64,000 nucleotides of DNA. Origin: Planctomycetota bacterium (GTDB lineage: Bacteria > Planctomycetota > UBA8742 > UBA2392). Position 1 is the first letter of the stretch; each line of letters opens with the position of its first letter. Positions 16,326-27,773 of this stretch are shown piece after piece. The DNA lies in contig JADKGX010000002.1 of NCBI GenBank assembly GCA_016722065.1, forward strand, positions 778,256 to 842,255, read 5' to 3'. Under the pieces are notes generated by a model. That model did no database searches. It saw only the letters and a program-made list of their open reading frames with translations, and was not told the origin of the DNA. The position numbers and the translations under genes are program-made.

Positions 16326-16610
16326 CATTTGGGTGTGCCCGACAATCCTGTCGGGCTGCTTTGGCTGGCGTGCCTATGGGTGTCAACGGTACCGCCGTCC
16401 CCAGCCTTGCGGCTGGGGCTGCAACGGCTGGGTGGCAATGGGTGGGCCCGACAATCTTGTCGGGCTGCTTTGGCTGGCATGCCTATGGGTGTCGACGGTA
16501 CCGCCGTCCCCAGCCTTGCGGCTGGGGCTGCAACGGCTGGGTGGCATTGGGTGGGCCCGACAATCTTGTCTGGCTGCATTGGTCGCCCAGGATTGTCCGA
16601 CCTGCCCACA
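16326..16610 (+). repeat. tandem repeat, 109-bp period, about 2.5 copies, two hairpins per unit
   Basis: cccgaca starts at 16338, 16447 and 16556. Each unit contains gcccgacaatcYtgtcgggc and ccccagcc-ttgc-ggctgggg. The third copy is degenerate. Confidence 0.9.
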
Positions 16611-16814
16611 ACCACCCCCAACCCTGCCCTGCCTGCTTGGCAAGTGTGTCAGGAAAAGTGGAATTCTTGTGCACAGATGCTGGCGCGGGTGTGCCATGTG
16701 TCTGTATGATGGCCCGCAGTAAAGCGTCGCAGTACCCCTCTCACATGTTGTTGGATGGGACAGCGATACCAAAAAGGGCCGGTGTTACCGCGCCCTGAAA
16801 CATGGAGTTGTTTT

Positions 16815-17018
16815 ATGGCTACAGGTGCTGTGAAGTGGTTCAACGATGAAAAGGGCTACGGATTCATTACCCCCGATGACGGTGGCGCCGACCTTTTCGT
16901 GCACTATTCCTCGATCAAGGCTGATGGCTTCAAGTCCCTCAAGGAGGGGCAGAAGGTTCAGTTCGACATCGGCCAGGGCAAAAAGGGCCCGGCAGCGGAA
17001 AACGTTCACCCGGTCTAA
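16815..17018 (+). CDS. cold-shock protein, CspA family
   Basis: [34 protein letters not shown] contains the RNP1 (KGYGFI) and RNP2 (VFVHY-like) motifs. 67 aa from ATG 16815. A non-coding leader region of roughly 200 nt separates it from the repeat array ending at 16610. Confidence 0.95.
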   Translation: MATGAVKWFNDEKGYGFITPDDGGADLFVHYSSIKADGFKSLKEGQKVQFDIGQGKKGPAAENVHPV

Positions 17019-17036
17019 GTGACCTTGAAACCACAA

Positions 17037-17070
17037 CAGACGCCCGCTTGCGCGGGCGTCTGCGCGTTTT
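17037..17070 (+). terminator. rho-independent terminator after the first csp gene
   Basis: An 11-bp stem cagacgcccgc / gcgggcgtctg with loop ttgc (17037-17062), followed by cgcgtttt. Confidence 0.8.
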
Positions 17071-17254
17071 GGGCAATTTCCTGCCACGCAAAATTCCGCA
17101 TTTCCGTGCAATTTCGCATGGCGGTTCGCTTTTGACTCTCCCTATCATGTGCCGCCAGTAACAGTGGCGCCACTCCACTTGCAGCGTTGTCAGATGGGGA
17201 GCGCAATCCAATCGGGCCGGCTTGACCGCGCCCACGAAAAGCAGGAGCAGTAGT

Positions 17255-17458
17255 ATGCCGACAGGTAAAGTGAAATGGTTCAACGATGAAAAGGGCTTCG
17301 GCTTCATTACGCCGGACGACGGAGGCGCGGACTTGTTCGTCCACTATTCCTCGATTGTGTCCGACGGCTTCAAGTCGCTGAAGGAAGGCCAGAAGGTCTC
17401 CTTTGAAATCGGCCAGGGCAAGAAGGGCCCTGCCGCGGAAAAGGTCAAACCGGCCTAG
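17255..17458 (+). CDS. cold-shock protein, CspA family (second copy)
   Basis: [34 protein letters not shown]; 67 aa from ATG 17255, preceded by gcaggagcagtagt. Confidence 0.95.
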   Translation: MPTGKVKWFNDEKGFGFITPDDGGADLFVHYSSIVSDGFKSLKEGQKVSFEIGQGKKGPAAEKVKPA

Positions 17459-17477
17459 TCCGACAACCAAAACAGAA

Positions 17478-17511
17478 CAGACGCCCGTGCAAGCGGGCGT
17501 CTGTGTTTTTT
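17478..17511 (+). terminator. rho-independent terminator after the second csp gene (may also serve the convergent gene)
   Basis: Stem cagacgcccg / cgggcgtctg (17478-17503), then tgtttttt. The stem sequence is nearly identical to the first csp terminator. Confidence 0.85.
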
Positions 17512-17522
17512 ACCGGCGCCAG

Positions 17523-18737
17523 TCAGCGCGATACTTCCAGTTCCAGCAGGTGTTCGGTGCGGCGCTTGCCACTGATGGCCGCGACCTTCAGGTGGCCGGC
17601 TTTGGCACCTTCAACTGGCGTTCCCGTAATCACCACGCGGTCGTCAGTTGCCAAGGCCTGAAGGCCCTCGGGCAGTTCATTTTCCAGAATCTCCCACCGG
17701 TAGGAATCAGCACCGCGCGCGACCAGCACGCCATGAAACTCGCCGCCCACGGTGCAGTAACCGGTGCCGACATAGTAGACGTAGATCGGATCGGAGGCGT
17801 CCGGGCGGGTCTTGCGGATCTCGGTGGTGGCGGGCTTCAGCGGACTGAACGAGTGAAAGAACTCGTCCACAACCGGCTCCGACTGCGCGTGATCTTGCGC
17901 GACCAGCACAAACCGATGCCGCGCGGCCACCACCACAAACACCGACATGTGCCCGCCACCAATCCGGGTGCCCGTCAGCAGCATCGCCGGACAACCGGCA
18001 ACGGTGCACGCCATGGAGGTATTGACTTGCCCCATGGCGGCATCTTTGGCGGCAACCATGGCGCAGGTCTTTAGCTGGTCGCGGTTGCGGGTCAGTTCGT
18101 CCTTGCCAACCTTTTGGGCCAGCAGCGAGAAATCCGCCCATTGGGTCGAGCAGGTCAGCTTGGTTTGACGATCGCTCGAGGTTTCTTTGAACGCACCCGG
18201 AAAAAGCGCGCTGAACTCAAAATCCTCGCGCCGCACTTCCAGCCACTGGATGTCGCTGTCGGTCTCAGGCTCGAACTGATCCTGCGGTTCGTAGGCGGTG
18301 AAGTCGCTTTCGTCGCCACCAAGCACCGAGGCCACGGCCATGGCAATGGCCGCCACCACCACCGAGAGCCCGATCACTGCAAAGGCGATCAACCATGCGG
18401 TGCGATATGGCGACACTGGCAGCCCCATGGCGACCTGCGCCCGATTGCCGCGCCGGGGGTTAGGCGCCAGTCCGCGCGGCGCGCCGGGGCGCGTCCAGCC
18501 GGGCGGCTGCGGCCCGAAGCCTGCTGGTGGTTGCATCCAGGCAGCCGACGGCGGCGCGGCGGCGCCGGAGATCACCTGGCCGGTCAAGCGCCCGAACACC
18601 GCGCCACAGGTGGGGCACTGTACGCTGGGCAAATTGAAATCTGGCGGCAGCGCGACGCCATTGCGGCACACCGGGCAGCCCATCACAGAGGCTGGCGGCG
18701 GGTCGTTGAGCGGGCGAATGTCGTCCAGGTCAGACAT
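17523..18737 (-). CDS. zinc-ribbon membrane protein, hypothetical
   Basis: N-terminal CPVCRNG...CPTCGAVF (CxxC...CxxC), a Pro-rich linker, one TM segment (LIAFAVIGLSVVVAAIAMAVASVLGG) and a C-terminal domain of about 250 aa ending EFFHSFSPL... Confidence 0.7.
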   Translation of the reverse strand: MSDLDDIRPLNDPPPASVMGCPVCRNGVALPPDFNLPSVQCPTCGAVFGRLTGQVISGAAAPPSAAWMQPPAGFGPQPPGWTRPGAPRGLAPNPRRGNRAQVAMGLPVSPYRTAWLIAFAVIGLSVVVAAIAMAVASVLGGDESDFTAYEPQDQFEPETDSDIQWLEVRREDFEFSALFPGAFKETSSDRQTKLTCSTQWADFSLLAQKVGKDELTRNRDQLKTCAMVAAKDAAMGQVNTSMACTVAGCPAMLLTGTRIGGGHMSVFVVVAARHRFVLVAQDHAQSEPVVDEFFHSFSPLKPATTEIRKTRPDASDPIYVYYVGTGYCTVGGEFHGVLVARGADSYRWEILENELPEGLQALATDDRVVITGTPVEGAKAGHLKVAAISGKRRTEHLLELEVSR

Positions 18738-18768
18738 GGCTTGCGGGCCTCGGGGCCGGGCCGAAGCG

Positions 18769-19725
18769 CTACTTCAGGCGGAACGAGGCAAAGTATTCTT
18801 CGACACCTTCCTTGTCGCCTTCCGAGTAGTCGTTGAACTCCAGGACGTACACAAGTCGGCTTCCGTCTGCGGGCCAGGCGGGGATCATTCTGCCGCTGAA
18901 GTACCGGTTCCCTGCCTGCATGGTGTATCCGTAGCCACTCTGGCCCGCAATCTTCACCGCGCCCTGCCACAGGACGGTGCCGCCGGTCCCCTTGCGGACA
19001 CCTTCCACTCCGGCGCTGTAACTGAACTCATGACCAGGCCCGCCGTAGGACGGCAAGTACAGCACAAAAACCGTCAACCCGATCGATCGCCCGCGATGCT
19101 CGCAACTGCGGCTGTTCAGGCTTCGTTGCACTGGTCCTATCAACCGCGGGGGGTCCCAGCTTGGTTCGGCGGGTAAACGCACCGTGTATGGGAAATTCTG
19201 CTGCCTGTATACCGGCCACTGGCGAACCTCTTCGGGCGTCACCGTGTCGCCCATGATGCTAGTGGCAAGAACCACAACCACCGTCGCGACCAGCAAAAGC
19301 GCGCCCAGGCCCGCGCCAACCAACAGCACGCGCCGGCGTCTGGCTTGCTCTGGCGTGGCTGGCAATGGCCCTCCCAGCACAGCCGCGACCGGGGCGCCGG
19401 GCGCTGCCGGCATGAACCCGCCGGGCATCGGGTAGTTGGGCGGCGCCGGGTAAGCGGGGGCAGGGTACGCGGGGGCAGGGTACGCGGGCGCCGGGTACGC
19501 GGGGGCCGGGTACGCGGGGGCAGGGTACGCGGGGGCAGGGTATGCGGGGGCAGGGTACGCGGGGGCAGGGGCCGCCTTGGCCGCCACCTGCGGCCGGGCC
19601 GGGTTGCCGCACTTGGGGCAGGGCCGCGGCTGCGCGCCTGCGCCGGCGGCCATGGGCATGTCGGCGCCGCAACGGGGGCACTTGGCCCAGCGCCTGGCAA
19701 ATCCGTTTTCTGCTTGCTTGCCCAT
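18769..19725 (-). CDS. zinc-ribbon membrane protein with a (PAPAY)n repeat, hypothetical
   Basis: This is the lower part of listed ORF 18769..21156; the upper part of that ORF is antisense to rarA. ATG 19725 gives MGKQAENGFARRWAKCPRCG...CPKCGNP, then (APAYP)x8, a TM segment (VLLVGAGLGALLLVATVVVVLA) and a C-terminal domain ending EEYFASFRLK. An alternative ATG lies at 19761. Confidence 0.7.
   Translation of the reverse strand: MGKQAENGFARRWAKCPRCGADMPMAAGAGAQPRPCPKCGNPARPQVAAKAAPAPAYPAPAYPAPAYPAPAYPAPAYPAPAYPAPAYPAPAYPAPPNYPMPGGFMPAAPGAPVAAVLGGPLPATPEQARRRRVLLVGAGLGALLLVATVVVVLATSIMGDTVTPEEVRQWPVYRQQNFPYTVRLPAEPSWDPPRLIGPVQRSLNSRSCEHRGRSIGLTVFVLYLPSYGGPGHEFSYSAGVEGVRKGTGGTVLWQGAVKIAGQSGYGYTMQAGNRYFSGRMIPAWPADGSRLVYVLEFNDYSEGDKEGVEEYFASFRLK
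19444..19571 (-). repeat. 15-bp tandem repeat, about 8.5 copies, inside a coding region (encodes PAPAY)
   Basis: Units ggcagggtacgcggg and variants were read consecutively from 19444 to 19571. Confidence 0.9.
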
Positions 19726-19812
19726 TGTGTCACTATCGCAAGATGCGGCACAGCTTTCCATAGGCAGTCGAGCCTGCCTGAACTTCGTCGCGACGCCTTC
19801 TATGATGCCGCC

Positions 19813-21165
19813 ATGGCTGACCTGTTTGACAAACGCGCCCGCGAAGTTGCCGCGGCCAACGCGCCGCTGGCTGAACGCCTGCGCCCGCGAATGCCCGCCG
19901 ATTTTGTCGGCCAGCAGGCCCTGGTTGCGCCCGGCGGCGCGCTGCATGCTGCGCTGACCGGCCAAGCCAAGGTGCGCAACATGATTCTTTGGGGCCCGCC
20001 CGGCACCGGCAAAACCACGCTGGCACGCATCCTGGCCGAGCAAAGCGGACAAGCCTTTGAGACGCTTTCCGCTACCTCCAGTGGCGTCAAGGATGTGCGC
20101 GAACTTCTGGACCGCGCCCGCGCACGGCTGGCCGGCGACGCCCGCCAGACTCTCGTGTTCATTGACGAGATTCACCGCTTCAACAAGTCCCAGCAGGATT
20201 CGCTGCTGCACGCCAGCGAAGACGGGCTGATCACGCTGATCGGCGCCACGACCGAGAACCCCAGCTTTGAAGTCAATGGCGCGCTTCTGTCGCGCTGCCG
20301 TGTGCACGTGCTGACGCTGCTGGACGACGCCGGCATGGACCGCTTGATCGACCGTGCCGTGGCTGACCCGCGCGGTTTGAAGCTGCCCGGACTGCGCATT
20401 GCCGATGACGGCCGCGCGGCCTTGCGCAGCTATGGCGCAGGCGATGGCCGCCGCCTGCTGACGGCGCTCGAATCCGCCGCTGACCACGTGGCACCGCAGC
20501 CAGAGGCCGGGCGCGAGATCACGGCCCAGGTGGTGCAGGACGCCCTGGGCAAGCGCATGCTGCGCCACGACCGCCAGGGCGACGCTCACTACGACCTGGC
20601 CAGCGCGATGATCAAAAGCGTGCGCGGCAGCGACCCGCACGCCAGCGTCTACTACGCCATGCGCATGCTGGCCGCCGGTGAAGACCCGCGCTTTGTCGTG
20701 CGCAGGCTGGCAATACTGGCCAGCGAGGATATCGGAAACGCTGACCCCGCAGCCTTGAACCTGGTGGCCAGTGCAATCACGGTAACCGAGTTCATTGGCT
20801 TGCCTGAGGCCGAATACACGATCTGCCAGGTTGCGGCCTATCTGGCACTGGCCCCCAAATCGAACAGCGCCGCTGGCGCGCGCATGGCGGCGCTCAAGCT
20901 GATTGACGAACACGGCGAGGTGCCGATTCCGTTGAACATTCGCAACGCCCCCACCGGCCTGATGAAGAACCTGGGATATGGCAAGAACTATCACTATGCC
21001 CACGACCACAAGGACGCGTTCTTTCCGGAGAAGCTGATGCCGGAATCGTTGAAAGACGCGCGCCTGTACGAGCCCACAGACCGCGGCTTCGAAGCGCGGC
21101 TCAAGCAGCGGCTTGCGGAACTTGAACAACGCATTGCCGACGCCGGACCGCCGCAAACGCCTTGA
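19813..21165 (+). CDS. rarA: replication-associated recombination protein A (MgsA/RarA AAA+ ATPase)
   Basis: MILWGPPGTGKTTLARIL, LVFIDEIHRFNKSQQD, LIGATTENPSFEVNGALLSRC and the C-terminal MgsA region YYAMRMLAAGEDPRF. ATG 19813. Confidence 0.92.
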   Translation: MADLFDKRAREVAAANAPLAERLRPRMPADFVGQQALVAPGGALHAALTGQAKVRNMILWGPPGTGKTTLARILAEQSGQAFETLSATSSGVKDVRELLDRARARLAGDARQTLVFIDEIHRFNKSQQDSLLHASEDGLITLIGATTENPSFEVNGALLSRCRVHVLTLLDDAGMDRLIDRAVADPRGLKLPGLRIADDGRAALRSYGAGDGRRLLTALESAADHVAPQPEAGREITAQVVQDALGKRMLRHDRQGDAHYDLASAMIKSVRGSDPHASVYYAMRMLAAGEDPRFVVRRLAILASEDIGNADPAALNLVASAITVTEFIGLPEAEYTICQVAAYLALAPKSNSAAGARMAALKLIDEHGEVPIPLNIRNAPTGLMKNLGYGKNYHYAHDHKDAFFPEKLMPESLKDARLYEPTDRGFEARLKQRLAELEQRIADAGPPQTP

Positions 21166-21174
21166 ACCCGCACC

Positions 21175-21822
21175 TCAAGGCCTGCGGAACTCCGCCCATA
21201 GTTCATGACCCTGGCGGCGTTCGATACTGTGGGGCGAGACTTCCAGCTTCTCGATCGTGAACAGCGGCGCAAAGGCCTCCAGCACGGCCGGCCGCGTGGC
21301 ATCAAAGGGCGGGCCGCCGGGCCGTCCGTGGTTGTAAAAACAGCCTATCAGCAGGCCACCGGGCTTGAGCACATCATGCAGCAGGCGGGCGTACTCGGCC
21401 CTGCGCGCGGGGTCAATGGCGACAAAGCAGGTGTACTCATAGGCCAGGTCAAAGCTGGCTGCGGCTTTGGGCATCAACTGAAAGATGTCCTGCTGCAGAA
21501 ACTCGAGGTTCGGTACATCACCGTGCAATTTGCGCGCGCCCTCAATGGCCAGGGCCGCAAAGTCAACGCCGGTGGCGTGCATGCCGCGCTGGGCAAACAG
21601 CCGAGCGTCGTGGCCAAAGCCGCATCCGGGCACCAGTACGCGGCCGGCCTTTGGCGCGTCGGGGCGTTGCAACCACTGTTGCAACGGTGGCGCAAATGTT
21701 CCAAGGTCCCAGCGCGGGTTGACCTCCTGCGCGTAGATGGCGTTCCAATAGCCGGGTTTGTTACAGTCTGTGTCCGCACCCGAAGTTGGCTGGGTTGGTT
21801 TGTCGATCGGTTGTTGCGACAT
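21175..21822 (-). CDS. thiopurine S-methyltransferase (TPMT)-family SAM methyltransferase
   Basis: WNAIYAQEVNPRWDLG...GRVLVPGCGFGHDARLFAQRGMHATGVDFAALAI matches the TPMT pattern. ATG 21822 (MSQQPIDK). Confidence 0.8.
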   Translation of the reverse strand: MSQQPIDKPTQPTSGADTDCNKPGYWNAIYAQEVNPRWDLGTFAPPLQQWLQRPDAPKAGRVLVPGCGFGHDARLFAQRGMHATGVDFAALAIEGARKLHGDVPNLEFLQQDIFQLMPKAAASFDLAYEYTCFVAIDPARRAEYARLLHDVLKPGGLLIGCFYNHGRPGGPPFDATRPAVLEAFAPLFTIEKLEVSPHSIERRQGHELWAEFRRP

Positions 21823-22498
21823 GATGCCTTTCACCAGTGAAGACCTGCGCGACATGGCGACACGCTACAACGTGTCCATTGAACCGTTGCAGATCGTCAT
21901 TTTCATCCCCACGCTGCTGATCTTTGCCCTGCTGCGGCGCGGCACCAAGCAGGATACCAGCCGCGGCGTGCTGCTTCTGCTGGGCGCGGAATGGGCTGCT
22001 GTGGGCCTGCTGTTCTTTCTGAATGTGATGGGCCGCGTGCACTGGCTGGGCACTGTGGCGGGCGTGATGTACCTGATTGCCGGCATCTTTTACGCCGGGG
22101 CCGCGTCGCGCAGCTTTCCGCCCCACTTTCACTGGCGCGCCGACAACCAGTCGTACCTTTCGTTTCTGGTTACGGCCATCAGCGTGATCGGCTATCCGGG
22201 CTTCAGTTGGGCGCTGGGGCGTGAATACCCGGCCGTCATGACCTACAGCCTGATGCCCGGGTCCGTGGCCCTGCTGTCGCTGGGTGTATGCCTTTCCGCA
22301 AGGCCGGCACCGCGCCTGTGGCTGATGGCACCGGCCGTGCTTGTGGCCCTGTGGTCGCCACTGAACGTGATTCTGTGGCAGGTCTGGGAAGACGTGCTGC
22401 TGCTGCCCTGCGCGCTGGTGGCGGTTGCGGCCTGGTTGATCTGGCGGCGCAAGCTGACCGCCACGCCCACCAAGGACACGATCCGGTTTGATTTCTAG
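21821..22498 (+). CDS. integral membrane protein, hypothetical (about 6 TM segments)
   Basis: ATGATG at 21821 within ORF 21758..22498, with hydrophobic segments throughout. The N-terminal FTSEDLRDMATRYNVSIEPLQIV resembles, from memory only, a DUF-type membrane family. The 5' end overlaps the divergent TPMT start by 2 nt, so the start is uncertain. Confidence 0.55.
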   Translation: MMPFTSEDLRDMATRYNVSIEPLQIVIFIPTLLIFALLRRGTKQDTSRGVLLLLGAEWAAVGLLFFLNVMGRVHWLGTVAGVMYLIAGIFYAGAASRSFPPHFHWRADNQSYLSFLVTAISVIGYPGFSWALGREYPAVMTYSLMPGSVALLSLGVCLSARPAPRLWLMAPAVLVALWSPLNVILWQVWEDVLLLPCALVAVAAWLIWRRKLTATPTKDTIRFDF

Positions 22499-22509
22499 CC
22501 TTCGTGCGG

Positions 22510-23222
22510 CTAGCCACGGCGCCCGGTGCTGATTTTACGGGCATTGAACAGGTTGGCCTTGGCCTCCTGCATCATCTCCAGCAGCCCGGGGTGGTTCGGG
22601 GCGCGGGTCAGCGCTTCCCGAAGATGGTCGCGGGCAGCTTCGAACTGTCTTGCGGCCTCGGCCAGCAGGCGGTCACCTTCATTCAAATCGCGCTGCACGC
22701 CCACCCCGCGTACCAGGTTGATGCCTTCCTGGAGCAGGCGGTTGCCTTCCTCAAGTTCGGCCTTGCCGGCTTCGGCGGACTCCTTGGCTTCCTTGGGCAA
22801 ATCGGCCAGCGACACCGCGACTTTGGTTGGAGGCGTTCCGGCTTTGGGTTCTTCGCCGGGAATGAACTCGTCGGCGGCCTTCTGGGGCGGCAGGTCGGTG
22901 GCGGTTTTGGGCGGCTCAAGGTCGAGGTTGCCATCGAACTCGCGGTTCACGCCCAGTTCGCCCAGCGGGTCTGCGGGCACACGAAAGGTGGCAATGCCGG
23001 TAACTTCGGTGCGGCCAAAGGCGGAATCCAGCGACACCGGCTTGCCCAGCTGCGCCAGCGGAAGTTCCAGTGGCCGTGCCGTGTTCAGCACCACGGGCGT
23101 TGCCGCCAGGGGCGCGTTGTCGGCGGATTCGGGCGCCTTGGCGGCAGCGGCTATGGCCATGGCGCCACCGGCCGCCATGCCGGCAAAGATCAATCCGTTG
23201 CGAACCCAGGCAATGGCGGACA

Positions 23223-23223
<1 letters not shown>
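22510..23223 (-). CDS. hypothetical membrane-anchored or secreted protein
   Basis: ATG 23223 overlaps the tgt stop (TGATG). N-terminal hydrophobic segment GLIFAGMAAGGAMAIAAAA and an acidic, helical C-terminus. The antisense ORFs at this locus are Ser/Arg-rich artefacts. Confidence 0.6.
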
Positions 23224-26068
<2,845 letters not shown>

Positions 26069-26079
26069 CTGGCGCTGCG

Positions 26080-27651
26080 CTAACCCAGAAGCTGCTTGAT
26101 CTCGTTGTCTGCAAAGGCCCCGCCCTCGCCGGTCAGGTACGTAATCAAGGCATTGCTTTCATTGAAGATATCGCCTGCCAGCAGGCTGGTGATGCTGCTT
26201 TGCAGCAGCGGCCGGCGCCGACTGCTGACCATCTGCTTCAGAAAATCGCGGTTGTAAAACGCGTCAATGAAGGCCCAGAACACCTTGGTTCCGTGGCGGA
26301 TCAGCTTTTCATAGCCAGCAAAACTGGCCGCGCTGAAGTCGTTCTTCTGAAACGCGTCGTCAATGGCCTGTGCCGCAAGTTCGGCGGCCTTGGTGCTTAG
26401 AAACACGCCGCTGCTGAACACCGGGTCCACAAACGCGCCAGCGTCGCCAATCTTGAGCCAGCGGTCGCCGGCGTGGCGGTCGCTGACATAGCTGAAGTCG
26501 GCCTCCAGCAGTACATCGCAACAGGCCTTGGCGCTGGTCATGCGCGGCGCAAAAGAGCGGCTTTGGGCAATGCTTGCGTCAAAGAACTGGCGCGGTGTCA
26601 TGCCGCTGTTTCGATAGTATTCCGCATCGGCCACCACGCCCACGCTGGTGGTGCCGTCGCTGAAGGGAATCAGCCAGAACCAGCCCTTGGCCATTTCTCC
26701 GAAGCGGGAAATGATGATGTTGCTGGGGTCCTGTTCGCAGCGAACGACATTGGTGAAGTGCGCATAGCAGGTGATCTTGCGGTGCGCCGGGTGCACCTTG
26801 CGCTGGTTCTGGCGCGCCGACATGAAAGTCCAGCGGCCGGAAACGTCGCACAGCACCTGGGCCTCAAGCGTGCCTTGGTCGGTGTGCAGCGTGGCGGCAT
26901 CGGGCCCGATCTCCCAGCCCGTGGCGCTGGCCGGTTGCAGCACCGTCACGCCCAGTTCCCGGGCGTGGTCCAGCAGCAGCTTGTCAAAGGGCCCGCGCTG
27001 CACCTGAAAGGCATAGGGGTGGTCGGCATCCAGCCCGTTGCGAAACCAGAAGCACTCTTCCTCCAGGGTTTCGTCAATCACAAAGCGCGCGCCCCGTTTG
27101 ACGATGTAGCCCTGGTCGTGAATCTTTGGCAGCACGCCGGACTTGCGCCAGATATCAATGCTGAAAGGCAGCAGGCTTTCGCCAATGCGAAAGCGCGGGA
27201 ACTGCTGACGTTCAACCACCACGACCTTGCGGCCCTGTTTGGCCAGCAGGGCAGCCAGTGTGCTGCCGCCGGGACCGCCGCCGACAATGGCAACATCAAA
27301 GCGGCCAAGGTTTGCCGCGCCGGGGTTGCCGCCCGTCTGGTACTGCGAGAGATTCTGCGGCGGGGTGACCTTGAGCGCACTGTGGGCTTGCTTGACCATC
27401 TCCTGTGACGGCTGGGGGCCGTCGGCTGCCCTTGCCGACGCTTTGCCGGGGGCCTGTTTCGGCGTAGGTCTTGTGGCCGCTGGCTTTTTGGCCGCGGCCT
27501 TCTTGGGCGCTGACTTGCCGGCGGCCGATTTCTTGGCCGCGGCCTTTTTCTTCGGCGGCGATTTCGCAACGCGCTTTTTTGTGGCGGGCTTGCGGGCCGG
27601 GGGTTTGCGTGCGGGTTTGGACTTTGCCTTGCGGGGTTTGCGGGCGGCCAT
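26080..27651 (-). CDS. FAD-dependent oxidoreductase, flavin-dependent-halogenase-like, with a Lys/Ala/Pro-rich histone-H1-like N-terminal tail
   Basis: DVAIVGGGPGGSTLA (GxGxxG), QFPRFRIGESLLP, GWFWLIPFSDG (WxWxIP) and FVDPVFSSGV (FxxPxxSxG). The first roughly 75 residues are KPRKAKSKPARKPPARKPATKK...AAKKPAA. Confidence 0.8.
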   Translation of the reverse strand: MAARKPRKAKSKPARKPPARKPATKKRVAKSPPKKKAAAKKSAAGKSAPKKAAAKKPAATRPTPKQAPGKASARAADGPQPSQEMVKQAHSALKVTPPQNLSQYQTGGNPGAANLGRFDVAIVGGGPGGSTLAALLAKQGRKVVVVERQQFPRFRIGESLLPFSIDIWRKSGVLPKIHDQGYIVKRGARFVIDETLEEECFWFRNGLDADHPYAFQVQRGPFDKLLLDHARELGVTVLQPASATGWEIGPDAATLHTDQGTLEAQVLCDVSGRWTFMSARQNQRKVHPAHRKITCYAHFTNVVRCEQDPSNIIISRFGEMAKGWFWLIPFSDGTTSVGVVADAEYYRNSGMTPRQFFDASIAQSRSFAPRMTSAKACCDVLLEADFSYVSDRHAGDRWLKIGDAGAFVDPVFSSGVFLSTKAAELAAQAIDDAFQKNDFSAASFAGYEKLIRHGTKVFWAFIDAFYNRDFLKQMVSSRRRPLLQSSITSLLAGDIFNESNALITYLTGEGGAFADNEIKQLLG

Positions 27652-27773
27652 GGGTGGCTTTCTGAGGATGGGCGAGCGGCGGAAGTATGTGGCGCGTGCT
27701 TTTGTGGCGCAAGGGTCGCCGCTTGTGGAGCAGACTTTGCAGGTCTACATTGCCCGCTTGGTGGAGACCGAAT

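Noticed and set aside
13365-16610. Regularly spaced direct repeats (153-bp and 109-bp periods) as a possible CRISPR array.
   Set aside because: The units are far longer than CRISPR repeats and there are no unique spacers, because almost the whole period is repeated. No cas genes are present, and copies also occur inverted and dispersed.
19726-21156. The upper part of listed ORF 18769..21156 (-), which would make a 795-aa protein.
   Set aside because: This part is antisense to the well-supported rarA gene and has artefact-like composition. The real gene starts at the internal ATG 19725 (or 19761), just before the zinc-ribbon motif.
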